From positions 806,001-870,000 of the forward strand of contig OY730414.1 of the NCBI GenBank assembly GCA_963422615.1: a DNA stretch of 64,000 bases. Reading direction: 5' to 3'. This document shows positions 55,046 to 64,000 of the stretch, in pieces. A program made the translations under genes and the position numbers. Origin of the DNA: Longimicrobiales bacterium. GTDB taxonomy: Bacteria; Gemmatimonadota; Gemmatimonadetes; Longimicrobiales; Gaopeijiaceae. The stretch's first letter is position 1; each line of letters begins with the position of its first letter. Below the pieces are notes generated by a model, which was not told the DNA's origin, did not search any database, and was given only the letters and a program-made list of their open reading frames with translations.

Positions 55046-56251
55046 TTACAGAGACCGGAGAAAGTCCAGCACCTGCGTTCTTGCTTCACTCGTGAGGCGT
55101 AGGAAGACATCTCGGGAGGTCTCGGCTTCCCCTCCATGCAGCAAAATCGCCGCCGCAATACTCTTTGCCCGACCGTCGTGAAGGAACGCGTGACGGTGTC
55201 CCAAGCCGACCAAGCGCGCGGTCTTCCATTCCGAAGGTGTCGTGCCCGGTGTGCACACATCGGCCAGCTCCGGTCCCATGTCGTGCAGCAGAAGGTCGGA
55301 GTAGAGGCGAAGTCGCTTTCCATCCAGGGCCGGGGACTCGCTCCGTCCCGTCGTGAAGAATGGGATGTGGCAGTCGGTGCATCCCATGAACTCAAAGATC
55401 CGTTCGCCCTCATCAACGTCGGATCGGGCGTCCGCTTCGGCGGGCCAAAGGCGCTGCGTCGGCGCCAAGAAGCGAAGGTAGTCCACGAGTAACGCGAGCG
55501 CCGACTCTTCTATTTCCGGGTCGGGAGCCGGGTCCGCGAGCTCCGGCAACGAAGCTCCGTTGGGGAGTTCCTCCCCGGGGTGGCTGGGCGTCGTGATTCC
55601 CATCTCGGATCTGACGGCCTCCTCAACGAAGCCGTACAAGGTCGCGTGCTGGGCCTTTCGCCCGAACCGGCCGGCGCGGCCGTTGGCGTCCATGTTGGGA
55701 CGGCCAGAGATGCCGTCGCCGTCAGCGTCGGTCGGGTCCTCGTTCCGCAGGATGTCCGCTTCGGGGATCGCAGCCACCAACCCCAAACCGTAGACGGCGG
55801 AAGGGCGGATGTCGGAGGTCGCTGTGGCCCCGTTGGGGACGCTCTCGGGTCTCACCCCCAGTTTGCGGGCCGTTTGGGTGACGATCTGTTGCAAGACGTC
55901 GCCTCCCTGTTCCGGGAGCGTGCTACAACCTTGGACGGGATCGAAACGGCTCGCCTTGGCAACGGGCTCGGCACCGTGTCCGCCGCTGGTAGGCAGGTCG
56001 TGGCAAGAACTGCATCTGTCTTGGTTGAAGAGGGGTCCCAATCCGTCCTCGGGGGTGAAGGGCCGGTTGAATAGGGCTTGGCCCAAGGCAAACCGCTGGA
56101 TCTGGGACGGGCTCAGATCGGGCAGGGGATGGCCCGGCTCCGCCTCGGTGTACGGAAGCCGGGAATCGCACGCGCCAGAACCCAACCCGAGAAGGAAAAG
56201 GCCGACCGGGCCGACTCCCGTCCAGCCCCTGAATCCCGCTTCGGCCTTCAG
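55046..56251 (-). CDS. di-heme oxidoreductase (DHOR) family c-type cytochrome, copy 2 (lipoprotein)
   Basis: GLGPLFN...CSSCH, DPTDADGDGISGR, GRFGRKA, GCTDCH, YSDLLLHDMG, FLHDGRA, HGGEA. A complete signal peptide needs a start upstream of 56185 (CTG 56251 proposed). Confidence 0.9.
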   Translation of the reverse strand: MKAEAGFRGWTGVGPVGLFLLGLGSGACDSRLPYTEAEPGHPLPDLSPSQIQRFALGQALFNRPFTPEDGLGPLFNQDRCSSCHDLPTSGGHGAEPVAKASRFDPVQGCSTLPEQGGDVLQQIVTQTARKLGVRPESVPNGATATSDIRPSAVYGLGLVAAIPEADILRNEDPTDADGDGISGRPNMDANGRAGRFGRKAQHATLYGFVEEAVRSEMGITTPSHPGEELPNGASLPELADPAPDPEIEESALALLVDYLRFLAPTQRLWPAEADARSDVDEGERIFEFMGCTDCHIPFFTTGRSESPALDGKRLRLYSDLLLHDMGPELADVCTPGTTPSEWKTARLVGLGHRHAFLHDGRAKSIAAAILLHGGEAETSRDVFLRLTSEARTQVLDFLRSL

Positions 56252-56751
56252 TTGGGGAGGGTCGCCCGAGTGTACTGATACACGAAGCGGAGCGTCTCGG
56301 GCTCACCGTCGTCGTTTTCCGGCTGCAGGGCACGGGAGCCGTTGTACCATTCCTTGTCGTCTAAATCCACCCTTAGAGAAAGGGTGGCGACTTCGGGTTC
56401 AACTGGAAACGTCTCGGCGAAGAACTGGAGTCGAAAATTGAACGGATAGCTGCCCTCGAAGGGGAGGGACACCTTGGAGGTATCGCTCTGGACCAATTGG
56501 ATGGTGGCTTCACATGCGGTGGGACACTCGGGGTTTGGTTGGTGGATAAACCATTGGGAGATAATCAGCGTGACTTCGCTTACGTCGGTACTTCTGATCC
56601 AGATGTGCGCGACCTCCGGTTCCCGGTTCCCGGTCAGGGTGTCACACGCCCCCGATAGCGAAACGAAGGCCAGGGCGAGGACAAAAGAAGTCCGGCGACC
56701 CCGCCTCGGGCTCGTCTGGTCTCTGCCCTTTGGCTTGCGGAATGACTGCAT
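56248..56751 (-). CDS. hypothetical lipoprotein
   Basis: Basic N-terminus, hydrophobic stretch and SGAC lipobox-like site; beta-rich body with CPTAC. Confidence 0.65.
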   Translation of the reverse strand: MQSFRKPKGRDQTSPRRGRRTSFVLALAFVSLSGACDTLTGNREPEVAHIWIRSTDVSEVTLIISQWFIHQPNPECPTACEATIQLVQSDTSKVSLPFEGSYPFNFRLQFFAETFPVEPEVATLSLRVDLDDKEWYNGSRALQPENDDGEPETLRFVYQYTRATLPN

Positions 56752-56995
56752 GGTTCTTGACTCCTGCGACTCGTTTCGGACGTTATCTCAAATTATGTTT
56801 CCCGTTCCCCAACCAGGCAAGCCGGGCGGGCGTCGGCATGTCGCCCCGAGAGAAGGGCCGGGACCCGCGTTCCCTGGCCATTCGATCCCCGGGGAAGGTG
56901 GCGCAGGGAAGTTCCCCCACCTTCTTGAGGAGGAGTTTGAGTGATCATCTTGAACCCTCCCCTCCCGATTCAATCTTGCTGACCCGCGCCCTTCC

Positions 56996-58459
56996 GTGAC
57001 TGGGACGTTGGACGACCGGCCTGACCCGCTGCCGGAGGAGGGAACCCGGGCGGGGGAGGGCGCTTCGTCCCCCGGAGAGCGGTGGTGGAGCGTCTTCCTT
57101 CACGCCGTAAAGGGGACGGGTGGCGACCCGACTCGGGGTCCCCTCAAGCGAGCGATCGTGCTCCTTGCGATTCCCATGGTCCTCGAGATGGTGATGGAAT
57201 CGCTCTTCGCGGTCGTGGACATCTTTTTCGTCTCCAGGCTGGGGAACGCCGCGATGGCCGGCGTCGCCCTCACGGAGTCGGTCTTGACGTTGGTCTATAC
57301 GGTGGCGGTGGGGCTGAGCATCGGGGTCACGGCCATGGTGGCTCGACGTACGGGGGAAGGCGACCGGGACGGGGCCGCCAGAGCCACGGTGCAGGCCGTC
57401 GTTCTGGGGATCGTTTTGGCGGCCCTCTTCGGGGTGGGAGGGATCCTTTATGCGGCCGACATCCTTCTCCTCATGGGCGCCGACGAGACGGTCCTCGCCA
57501 CGTCCCTTCCCTACACGCGAGTGTTGCTGGGCGGGAACGTGGTGATCATGCTTCTCTTCCTCCAGAACGCCGCCTTTCGCGGAGCCGGGGACGCGGCGAC
57601 CGCGATGCGGGTGCTCTGGTTGGCCAACGGCCTGAACATCCTTCTTGACCCCTGTCTGATTTTCGGCTGGGGTCCGTTTCCCGAGCTGGGCGTGCAGGGG
57701 GCCGCGGTGGCGACGACGATAGGTCGGGGCACCGCCGTACTCGTTCAAATGTACACGCTGCTCCGCAGGGGACGAAACCTCCGGGTCCGACGGCCCCACC
57801 TGGGGATCCGCCCGGCTGTCATGGCGCGCCTGGTCCGCCTTTCCGCGACTGGGACCCTCCAAGTTCTGATCGCCACGGCTAGCTGGATCGGCTTGGTTCG
57901 GGTCACCTCGGCATTCGGGGCGGATGCCCTGGCGGGCTACCTGATTGCGATCCGGATCGTGCTCTTTGCGCTCTTGCCGGCATGGGGACTCTCCAACGCC
58001 GCGTCCACCATGGTCGGCCAGGGTCTGGGCGCTGGGGAACCAGACCGGGCCGAGCGCGCCGTTTGGATCGCCTGCAGGATGAACCTGATCTTTCTCGGTG
58101 TCGTGGGGATCCTCTTTTTCGTTTTCGCTCCCGGGATTGTGAGCGTCTTTGGAGGGACGGGGGAAGCCAAGACGTTTGCGGTCAGCTGCCTCCGCATCGT
58201 TTCTGCAGGGTTCTTCTTCTACGCCTACGGCATGGTTCTTACCGCGGCGTTCAACGGGGCGGGCGCCGTGTGGACGCCCACCGTCATCAACTTCTTCTGT
58301 TTCTGGCTATGGGAAATTCCCCTCGCCTGGCTTCTGGCCTTCCCACTGGGGTTGGGTCCGGATGGTGTGTTCACGGCGATCGCGATCGCGTTTTCCACCC
58401 TGGCGGTAATGAGCGGTATGCTCTTCAAGCGGGGGGCTTGGAAGGAGGCCGCGGTCTGA
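56996..58459 (+). CDS. MATE family efflux transporter
   Basis: LAIPMVLEM, VDIFFVSRLG, FRGAGDA, NILLDP.LIFG.GPFPELGV.GAA.AT, GLSNAASTMVGQ.LGAG. Confidence 0.95.
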   Translation: MTGTLDDRPDPLPEEGTRAGEGASSPGERWWSVFLHAVKGTGGDPTRGPLKRAIVLLAIPMVLEMVMESLFAVVDIFFVSRLGNAAMAGVALTESVLTLVYTVAVGLSIGVTAMVARRTGEGDRDGAARATVQAVVLGIVLAALFGVGGILYAADILLLMGADETVLATSLPYTRVLLGGNVVIMLLFLQNAAFRGAGDAATAMRVLWLANGLNILLDPCLIFGWGPFPELGVQGAAVATTIGRGTAVLVQMYTLLRRGRNLRVRRPHLGIRPAVMARLVRLSATGTLQVLIATASWIGLVRVTSAFGADALAGYLIAIRIVLFALLPAWGLSNAASTMVGQGLGAGEPDRAERAVWIACRMNLIFLGVVGILFFVFAPGIVSVFGGTGEAKTFAVSCLRIVSAGFFFYAYGMVLTAAFNGAGAVWTPTVINFFCFWLWEIPLAWLLAFPLGLGPDGVFTAIAIAFSTLAVMSGMLFKRGAWKEAAV

Positions 58460-58594
58460 TCCCGCTTCCGGGGAGCGTTCCCTGCCCGGGGCAAAGGGAA
58501 GCCGGAATGAAAGAGCCCCGCCGCGCCGACAGGGGGCCACGAGCCAAGATGGCTCCCCCGGACGAATGTCAGGAGGGTCAGGCAAACGTGCACC

Positions 58595-60106
58595 TTACCG
58601 AAAGTTCCCGAAGTTGACCTCCGCCACCGTGTCGCCGTCGCTCCAGTCCACCACCACAAAGGCCGACGCTTCCACAGGGATGTTCGCGATCGGGTAGTCC
58701 ACCAACGCCGATACCCGGGCGTAGGCGGTGGGCTGGTAGCAGATGTTGGCGCCGAAGCTGACGATGCCCACCTGGATCCAGCGATTTCGGAACGGAACCA
58801 TCAGAGGGCCTCCGGAATCCCCCCTGCAAATTGAATCGGTGGCGCCCCGCTTCCCGGCGCAGATGGTTACGTCCAGAATGTTGTCGTCCAACTGGGTCTG
58901 GCATTCGGCGTTGGTGATGATTTCGGATTCGAACTTCTTGAGGACGTCCGATCCCGAGCCGCCGTCCGACGTAAGGCCCCAGCCGACTGCGGTTGCCAGG
59001 GTCCCCGGGGCCGAAAGGGTCACGTTCGCGGGCGTGAGGAGTTCAACGCGCGGGTACATGTATTCGCCCTTCAGTTCCAACAGGGCGATGTCGCTGGATA
59101 CGAAGGCTTCTGAGGCGTAGGCGGGGTGAATGAGGATGCGACTGACACTGATGAGCTCTCCCCCGCTCGTCAGATCGTGGGTCCCGGCCAAAACCCGGAT
59201 GGCCGCCGGGTCCGAGCCGTCAACGCAGTGAGCCGCTGTCATGACCCAGCTCCTTGAAATGAACGTCCCGCCGCAAAACTGAAACTGGCTGGAAGCCGTC
59301 ACCAGAGCCACCTGGAAGGGGAATTCGCCGGCTTCTGCAAATTCTCCGCCGATGATGGGCAACGTCCCGGGTTTGGGCGCGGACGGTCCGGCAGAGGTGA
59401 TCCGCGAGCCGGCGGTTCCCGGTGCGGTGTTGGTCCAGCCCAGGGTCAGCTCCTGGGTGACGGTGTACGCCCGGTTCCCGTCCAGTCCTTCGAAGAGGTA
59501 TTTCCCCTCCTCGTTGGTGATGACCGCCGTCTCTGTGGAGTCCTTTTGGCCGTCCCCGTCTTCGTCCAGGAAGACCACGAAAGCCGGAATGGTTTGCTCT
59601 TCCGGATCCCTCTCCCCGTCGGCGTCCGCATCGTGCCAGACCACACCGCTGATTTCGTTCTCACCAGTGCCAGGCGGGCTGTTCACCGTGATCGCCGTTC
59701 CGGTTTGCGTGTGGGATGCCCCCCGTTCATCGGTGACCGTCAGCTCGGGTGTGAATGAGCCCGGGCTTTCGTACGTGTGGTCAACGGTCCGACCCGATCC
59801 GGTCTTTCCGTCGCCGAAGGCCCAGGCGTAGCTGACGATGTTGCCGTCGGGGTCGCTGGACGCGCTGGCGTCGAATCGCACGACAAGGGGCGTGAAGCCC
59901 TCCGAGAGGTCGGCGGTGAAAGACGCCACCGGAGGAAGGTTCGGCGTGCCCGAGGGTGGGGGTGTCATTGAGCTGTCCCCGCAGGCGGACGCCGAAAAGA
60001 AGCCAAGGACGGCCAGTGCGCGACGGGAAATTCCCGCCCATCCTGCAAGCCGGCGCGTGGGGTAAGTCCTCCGGGGTGCGGTCTTCGGTGATTCTCGGGT
60101 GTGCAT
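58595..60106 (-). CDS. lipoprotein: PKD domain + SdrD-B-like domain + S1 (trypsin-family) serine protease
   Basis: PKD (FDASASSDPDG.IVSY.W.FGDG); ISGVVWHD...DG..D..E; IIGG, TAAHC, SDIALL, GDSGGP, GIVSFG. Confidence 0.92.
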   Translation of the reverse strand: MHTRESPKTAPRRTYPTRRLAGWAGISRRALAVLGFFSASACGDSSMTPPPSGTPNLPPVASFTADLSEGFTPLVVRFDASASSDPDGNIVSYAWAFGDGKTGSGRTVDHTYESPGSFTPELTVTDERGASHTQTGTAITVNSPPGTGENEISGVVWHDADADGERDPEEQTIPAFVVFLDEDGDGQKDSTETAVITNEEGKYLFEGLDGNRAYTVTQELTLGWTNTAPGTAGSRITSAGPSAPKPGTLPIIGGEFAEAGEFPFQVALVTASSQFQFCGGTFISRSWVMTAAHCVDGSDPAAIRVLAGTHDLTSGGELISVSRILIHPAYASEAFVSSDIALLELKGEYMYPRVELLTPANVTLSAPGTLATAVGWGLTSDGGSGSDVLKKFESEIITNAECQTQLDDNILDVTICAGKRGATDSICRGDSGGPLMVPFRNRWIQVGIVSFGANICYQPTAYARVSALVDYPIANIPVEASAFVVVDWSDGDTVAEVNFGNFR

Positions 60107-60258
60107 CGGGCTGTTCCTTTCAGGGGTTGTTCGGGTCGTGGGAATTCGGGACGGACTTTCGCTCCTTGGGCATCATTGCAGAGTGCTGCCGGCAGAGGCT
60201 ACGTTACCTCAACATGCACAGTTTACCTTGATACTCGTGCTCCCGTTCCCCGATCCGG

Positions 60259-60984
60259 ATGAAGATGATGATCACGAAGGTTCGAACTTCCGGCCCATGG
60301 GTTCCCGCCCTGTACTTTGCGACCGCGGCTTTCGCGCCGACAGGCTGTGGTAGCGACGGCGGCGAAAATGAGGGGGGGCCTGTTGAAGACGACCCCCCAC
60401 CCAACCCGCTGTACCGACCCGCCGAACTGGCCGAGACGGCCCCGGGAACGTTCCAAGCCCGCTTCGAGACCAGCAAGGGCGCCTTTGTCGTTGAGGTCAC
60501 CCGAGCGTGGGCGCCTGCCGGAGCCGACCGCTTCTATACCCTGGTCAAGAACGGCTACTACGACGGCGTCCGCTTCTATCGAGTGCTGGACGGCTTTGTG
60601 GCCCAGTTCGGCCTGCACGGGGACCCCTTGGTGACCCGAGCGTGGCGAGATTCGCCGATCCTGGACGATTCTGTCGTGGCTTCGAACACCCGGGGGATGG
60701 TGACCTACGCGATGGGTGGCCCACACACCCGAACGACCCAGATCTTTGTGAACTACGGGGATAATTCCCGATTGGATGCCCGCGGTTTTGCCCCCTTCGG
60801 CCGGGTCACGGAAGGCATGGACGTGGTTGACCAATTCTACTCCGGATACGGCGAGGGCGCTCCCTCGGGGACCGGGCCCTCCCAGAGGAGCATCACGGCC
60901 GCCGGCAATGCGTACCTGGAGGAGAACTTCCCTGAGCTGGACTCCGTGATTTCGGCCACTCTGATAGAATCCGAGGCGCGATAG
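60259..60984 (+). CDS. cyclophilin-type peptidyl-prolyl isomerase (lipoprotein)
   Basis: FETSKG, AP..A.RF..LV..GYYDG.RF.RV..GFVAQFG, RTTQ.F.N..DN..LD..GF.PFG.V.EGM.VV. Confidence 0.92.
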   Translation: MKMMITKVRTSGPWVPALYFATAAFAPTGCGSDGGENEGGPVEDDPPPNPLYRPAELAETAPGTFQARFETSKGAFVVEVTRAWAPAGADRFYTLVKNGYYDGVRFYRVLDGFVAQFGLHGDPLVTRAWRDSPILDDSVVASNTRGMVTYAMGGPHTRTTQIFVNYGDNSRLDARGFAPFGRVTEGMDVVDQFYSGYGEGAPSGTGPSQRSITAAGNAYLEENFPELDSVISATLIESEAR

Positions 60985-61112
60985 GTCTGCTCAGTCAAGC
61001 CCTGTCCGCTCCGGTCTGTCCGCCCGCGGCGTCGGCGGCGTCGCAAAGCTACGGGGGTAGACCCCGGCACGTGGGCATTCTTGCCGGCTTCGTGCCCCGG
61101 ATGGGCCGATTC

Positions 61113-61874
61113 ATGACCGAAAAAAAGTACCCGGGGAGCTCCCCGGTGACGGACGCGCTGCGGGGGCTGCGTCGGGACGTGACCTCCTGCAGGAAGTGTC
61201 GCCGCCTCGTTGCGTGGCGAGAACGGGTGTCCCGGGAGAAGCGTGCCCAGTACCGGGAAGCGCGGTATTGGGGCAGGCCCGTCCCGGGCTTCGGCGACCC
61301 GAGGGCTTCCGTCCTCGTCGTGGGGTTGGCCCCTGCCGCCCATGGGGCCAACCGGACGGGGCGCATGTTCACCGGTGACCGCTCCGGGGACTGGCTGTAC
61401 CGGGCCTTGCACAGAGCCGGGTTCGCCAATCGGCCGACCAGCCGGCACCGAAACGACGGCCTGGCTTTGAAGGACGTGTACGTTACTGCGGGCGTGCGTT
61501 GTGTGCCGCCCGGCAACCGGCCTTCCCCCCGGGAACGAGACCGCTGCACCCCGTTTCTGCACCGGGAAATGGATGTCCTGGGAGGCAACCTGCACACGGT
61601 CGTCGCCCTGGGAGGGTTCGCGTTTACTCTTGTCCTGGGAATGTTCACGAAGCGTGGGATGCCCGTGCCCCGGCCGCGGCCCCCCTTCGGCCACGGTGTC
61701 GAAGTGGATCTCGGGTCACTGGCGGTGCTGGCGTCCTACCACCCCAGCCAACAGAACACTTTCACGGGCAAGCTCACCGAGCCGATGTTTGACGCGGTGT
61801 GGCGGCGGGTGGCGGAGCGGGGGCGGGTAGAGAAGGAAGGAACGTGTGTGACGGGGGCCGAGGGAGAGCGGTGA
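61113..61874 (+). CDS. uracil-DNA glycosylase, family 5 (UdgB-like, Fe-S)
   Basis: C..C.RL..WRE, YWGRPVPGFGD, GLAPAAHGANRTGRMFTGDRSG, RC.PP.N.P, YHPSQQNT.TG.LT. The start is uncertain (61071-61113). Confidence 0.93.
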   Translation: MTEKKYPGSSPVTDALRGLRRDVTSCRKCRRLVAWRERVSREKRAQYREARYWGRPVPGFGDPRASVLVVGLAPAAHGANRTGRMFTGDRSGDWLYRALHRAGFANRPTSRHRNDGLALKDVYVTAGVRCVPPGNRPSPRERDRCTPFLHREMDVLGGNLHTVVALGGFAFTLVLGMFTKRGMPVPRPRPPFGHGVEVDLGSLAVLASYHPSQQNTFTGKLTEPMFDAVWRRVAERGRVEKEGTCVTGAEGER

Positions 61875-62410
61875 GCCATCGACCCGGGCCGAGTGCCCAG
61901 GCGGAGGGTGTCGCCAACGCCGAAGGAGCGAAGAGAACCGGTGGAGCTTCCCGAGTCCCCGAAACGGCTTCGGGTGTCGGGGCCGTCCGGTCCTCGCAAG
62001 CCGCGCGAAACTGCTTCGTCTGCGGGCCCGATAATCCCGTCGGGCTCCGCTTGGAGTTTCGCCTGGAAAAGGGAGCGTGCGTGTCGGAGTTCACGCCCGG
62101 GGAGGATCACGTGGGGTATCCCGGTGTGGTTCACGGAGGGATGATCTACAGTGCCCTGGACGACGTCATGGCCAACTGGTTGTACCTGCAGGGTGCCCGC
62201 GCTTACACCGCCCGTTGCGAGATCCGGTACCGGGAGCCGGCGGGGGTGGGTGACGCCCTCCGTTTGGTCGGGCGACCCGAGTCGCGAAAGCGCAACTGGG
62301 TGAAGATGAAGGCAACGGCCAGCAGGATGGCCGACGGAAAAGTGGTGGCGGACGCGGATGCCACCTTCGTGATCATCAATGAGGCGGAATTCGCGGACGT
62401 CGGTTCCTAG
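61871..62410 (+). CDS. PaaI family (hot-dog fold) thioesterase
   Basis: CFVCGPDNP.GL.L.F, H.GYPGVVHGG....LDD.M; GTGA overlap with the UDG stop. Confidence 0.9.
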   Translation: MSHRPGPSAQAEGVANAEGAKRTGGASRVPETASGVGAVRSSQAARNCFVCGPDNPVGLRLEFRLEKGACVSEFTPGEDHVGYPGVVHGGMIYSALDDVMANWLYLQGARAYTARCEIRYREPAGVGDALRLVGRPESRKRNWVKMKATASRMADGKVVADADATFVIINEAEFADVGS

Positions 62411-62551
62411 TGACCATGAGTTCCGTACCTCTCCCCGGCTGCCTTAACTCCCCTGCAGCCGCCCAGTTGTCAGACCTTAACACCGCCTCTGGCGGATTCG
62501 CCTGTCTCCCCTGATCAGCTAGGACGCAGGACCCGCAAATGGCGATCCGGT

Positions 62552-62725
62552 TTACGTCGGGTTGTCTTCGCAGTGCACATGCAGCTCCCCGGATTCCTTA
62601 AAGTGTTCCGTAACGACCACCAGGCAAGAAGGGTCATCTTCTGCGGATTGATGGCAACGCGCAAACTCCTCAAGCTCCTCTTGGGTTCCGTGGAGATTCC
62701 CGGAACACCTGGGGTCGGGATCCAT
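62552..62725 (-). CDS. small Cys/His-containing hypothetical protein (57 aa)
   Basis: MDPDPRCSGNLHG...HCEDNPT, downstream of and co-oriented with the GH2 gene; no family recognised. Confidence 0.25.
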   Translation of the reverse strand: MDPDPRCSGNLHGTQEELEEFARCHQSAEDDPSCLVVVTEHFKESGELHVHCEDNPT

Positions 62726-62892
62726 GGCGGCAATAGCTTCCCCTGTGGCAGCGGCCCGTATTTCCCGAAAGTACCGAGCGAAATAGTTCCGGCATCGGTT
62801 CCCCGGAGATGCGCTTCGCGCCCGCATTCGATGGCAAGCCTTTCGGGAAGCGCTGACCGTTCTTTTTCCTAAACGCGCGTATCCCGCCAGAA

Positions 62893-64000
62893 CTACCGCA
62901 CGATGATTTCGTCCACGTAGGTCCACGCGGTCTGTCCCCCGGCAGGCCACCCTCCCGGCACTGTGCCCAGCCCCGTGATTCGGACCTGCACGGTACGCAC
63001 TCCCGCCCACTTGACGGGGATCTCGACGTAACGGCGGCCTCCCGGAGGCGGGGTGGCTCCCTCCGGCCGGGGTTTCTCCTGCAACGTTCGGACGACGGGA
63101 TCTCCGAAGGACATGCCCTCTTCGCTGGCCGCGACCTCCATACGCAGAGGGAAGTAGACAGCGGAGGCCGGGTGTTGCAGGAAGCCGACCTTCACCGATC
63201 GGACCGAAACCGGACCATTCAGGTCGATGCGGGCGGTCACGGTTCTGGCCTGGTAGCCTTGCCAGTGGCCGCCCCGCCGGTCGATGGAGCCTCGGATTCC
63301 ATCGACGAGTCCAGCGTCTCCGGCTGCGGAATAGAGGGACGACTGGGCGGGATCGACCCGGACTGGACGATTCCGCGCCAAGTGCGCGACGCGGTTGCGC
63401 TCTCCAAAGTGATGAAGCGCCAGAGAACGCTCCGTGGCAGCCCGAACGGCGTTGGAATCGGGCAGGGAGGTTCGCGCCACCTCGCCCGGATCTTCACCTG
63501 GCCTCATGGGGCGCAGCAGGTACCGGAAGCCCATTTCCTGGGGCCAAAGGGTGTACTCGTGATGAGGAACGGCCCCCCAGGAGTCGTCCCCCCCGACCCC
63601 GGTCTGGCGGTAGTCGATCAGGAGGGTGATTTCGTTCCGGGGTTCCAGATCGGTCCAGTGACGCTGGGTCTTCCGTTCTCCGGCGTCCAGGTCTGAGAGA
63701 CGGTAGGGCAGAGCGGAGAAGGAAACGGCGGGCAATCCGGTCACCAGCAGGCCCGCCCCCGTCGCGTCGGCCATCGCCACCCAGCGGGTGTCCGACCGGG
63801 TGCCCGTCTCCTGGGGTCGCACGTAGGGGTGCGCGAGCTGGGAGACCGGCGCGGCGTAGCGGCCGACGGCGGCCCCGGTGCGGCGGTCCCAGTAGTTCTC
63901 GAATGGCCCCCGCCCGTACCACTGGACCCGGTTGAAGTCTCCCGGAAGGGTGAGAAGCGTTCCGAAACGAGGCATCTCGGGGAGATCCTCGTCCACCTCC
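62893..64000 (-). CDS. beta-galactosidase (GH2) C-terminal part: small-chain domain plus discoidin/F5-8-like domain; 5' end outside the window
   Basis: WYGRGPFENYWDR, Y.RPQE.G.R.D.RW, D..Q.GVGGD.SWG; then Y.A.G...L.DG..G, W.G, IDL, F.Q, W..VDEI. Confidence 0.9.
   Translation of the reverse strand, partial: EVDEDLPEMPRFGTLLTLPGDFNRVQWYGRGPFENYWDRRTGAAVGRYAAPVSQLAHPYVRPQETGTRSDTRWVAMADATGAGLLVTGLPAVSFSALPYRLSDLDAGERKTQRHWTDLEPRNEITLLIDYRQTGVGGDDSWGAVPHHEYTLWPQEMGFRYLLRPMRPGEDPGEVARTSLPDSNAVRAATERSLALHHFGERNRVAHLARNRPVRVDPAQSSLYSAAGDAGLVDGIRGSIDRRGGHWQGYQARTVTARIDLNGPVSVRSVKVGFLQHPASAVYFPLRMEVAASEEGMSFGDPVVRTLQEKPRPEGATPPPGGRRYVEIPVKWAGVRTVQVRITGLGTVPGGWPAGGQTAWTYVDEIIVR

Overview
A GC-rich, gene-dense bacterial window. 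The SusC/SusD pair, the many lipoproteins, the beta-propeller amidohydrolases and the 'LTGPIPAELG' LRR lipoproteins suggest Gemmatimonadota, possibly host- or sponge-associated (inference only). Most of the window is ordinary metabolism and transport: GH109, DUF305/LVIVD, queG with tRNA-Asn, YchF, acetamidase, DUF1326/DUF2182, an ABC-permease/M1-peptidase fusion, a sarcosine-oxidase-like operon, two amidohydrolases, arginase, ABC-F, a Gld-like ABC operon, SusC/D, two di-heme DHOR proteins, MATE, a serine protease, cyclophilin, UDG, a thioesterase and the 3' end of a GH2. The strongest candidate for an undescribed system is a mosaic island at about 29.9-34.75 kb. It holds two near-identical copies of an LRR-lipoprotein unit (promoter region, signal peptide and caps): one is 'empty' and the other carries 14 internal ~72-bp repeats. 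Each repeat has a nucleotide-invariant 42-bp scaffold and a 30-bp hypervariable window that changes almost only at codon positions 1-2, which suggests a diversifying, VLR-like surface-receptor system. Other notable items: a frameshifted toxin-antitoxin remnant missed by the ORF track, a frameshifted secreted Cys-rich peptide coupled to a beta-propeller gene, a SoxA-SoxG fusion, a putative metal-uptake locus (Cys-motif SusC between two DHOR genes) and a protease domain inserted inside an SdrD-B-like domain. All family calls come from motif recognition by eye; no database search was run.
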